A stretch of DNA of 63,471 bases, filler included, from Atractiella rhizophila (taxonomy: Eukaryota), in assembly GCA_021432655.1 (NCBI GenBank). It is 52 parts of 52 records of this genome, joined end to end, with 100 filler letters (N's around TTAATTAATTAA, not from the genome) between each part and the next. Parts side by side here need not be neighbours in the genome. Positions count along the whole stretch, not along the records: positions 62,400 to 63,471 come from MU273145.1; 51 more parts are not named here. One strand, 5' to 3'. Of the stretch, positions 62,400-63,471 are shown piece by piece. Both the position numbers and the translations under genes were made by a program. The first letter of the stretch is position 1. The number at the start of each line of letters is the position of its first letter. Below the pieces are notes generated by a model, which saw nothing but the letters and a program-made list of their open reading frames with translations, was not told where the DNA came from and made no database searches.

Positions 62400-62836
62400 C
62401 GCTCGTATCATCTCTCTTAGCAATTGCTCGTTGTCTTACGGAGCACCCTGTATGTTCTCAGCTCTGTCTTTTCAACGATTCCAAGATAATGACCGCTGCC
62501 TACAGCGCGACATTCAAAATCGCTTTGCAATCTTCGCGCGAGAGGAGGTCTCAAGTTGGTACACAACGCACCACAAGCCGACTAACGATCCTTTGACGCG
62601 GGAAGCAACCAAAGAAGCTGTGAACGCAGTAGTAGCAAGAGCTAGAGAATTGTCTTGCCGGATGGAAAGAGAACGGGTCCGTGCTTTCACCCTCGAGCCC
62701 TTGAAAAGTTTAATCACTTCAAAAAAAGGCAAACGGTCTAACTCCCGTGACACAAACCATTCTAGAGCTGATTAACATGTCAACGAATCCTTTCCACCTT
62801 GCACACATGGAAGCGACCTGGTTCCCGTGGTTGTGA
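62400..62836 (+). CDS. TRA1: Tra1/TRRAP C-terminus (FATC)
   Basis: FAIFAREEVSSW...ARELSC-[intron]-PVTQTILELINMSTNPFHLAHMEATWFPWL*. Confidence 0.9.
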
Positions 62837-62980
62837 TCAGTTTGTAGTCTGTCTTGAATCTTGTTTCTCTGAAGTTGTGTTTTATTCTTCGTTCCGATGT
62901 TTAACCTGATTGGCTGCAGGGTCGAAACAATATGTATAACATGCACTGCAATTGTCACATTATTCACATCATTTCTGAAG

Positions 62981-63471
62981 CTATAAGAACACGCCTGTCT
63001 GTTCCTCCTCTTCCACAGGCTGGATATTCCTAGTGGCTGGTGCAGGCGCGTTGGTTGAAGAGGAAAGTTCAGATATTGCCACAGTCGCCGCAGTTGACAC
63101 AGTAGGTGATCTTCCTGCCAACTGGACACTGACTGATTGAACATCTGCAGGATCAGTGGTGGGCGCATAATGGGGATTGTCGGCATCCAACCCAGTTTTC
63201 TGTGAAATGGCCGTACGGATCATCCTTATTCGTTCGTCTTGCCTTTCACTTTTTCCGAGAAATTCAGCCTGGGTATGGGCTTCTTCGATAAGGAGAATGA
63301 GAGAACGAGGCACTTACATGGCCACAACATTCTCGTCGATAACGCTCGCATATTCATTTTTCACGCTTGCGTCGTTTTCTTCTGCCGAAAACGCCACAAG
63401 TTCCTGAAACTTCCCTTTAGATACGATGATTATACGTAGAGAATCGATCCTGACTTTGTTGGACCGCTTGA
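62981..63471 (-). CDS. Hypothetical fungal protein, 3' part, convergent with TRA1
   Basis: Open exons: ...SVIDENVVAM-[intron]-QDERIRMIRTAI...EEEEQTGVFL*. Confidence 0.55.

Overview
This window is not a continuous locus. It is 52 unrelated small contigs of about 1.07-1.18 kb, sorted by decreasing length and joined by 51 identical artificial 100-nt linkers (N44-TTAATTAATTAA-N44). Nothing can be inferred from adjacency across a linker. The DNA is from an intron-rich fungus (GT-AG introns mostly 44-63 nt). The protein families and the cytochrome b sequence point to a basidiomycete, plausibly Pucciniomycotina (inference). Content: (i) fragments of housekeeping genes (PP2A B56, malic enzyme, cystathionine gamma-synthase, IES6, mitochondrial bL19, CCA1, ABCC and MFS transporters, GCN1, TRA1, a fungal transcription factor, BAG and F-box proteins); (ii) decayed transposons (PIF/Harbinger, two P-element-like, two hAT, Ty1/copia, two Helitrons) showing CpG decay; (iii) two NLR-like immune gene fragments; (iv) two very AT-rich mitochondrial-type contigs. 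The strongest signal is the intact cob fragment: it has no ATG in 178 codons, and ATA occupies the conserved Met positions while conserved Ile is ATT. This suggests an AUA=Met mitochondrial code in a basidiomycete. Other leads are a decayed second cob copy with the opposite codon usage, a PIF1-helicase-like motif spliced in frame to a TPR array, and a 742-nt first intron in cystathionine gamma-synthase. All family calls come from manual translation and recalled motifs, not from database searches.
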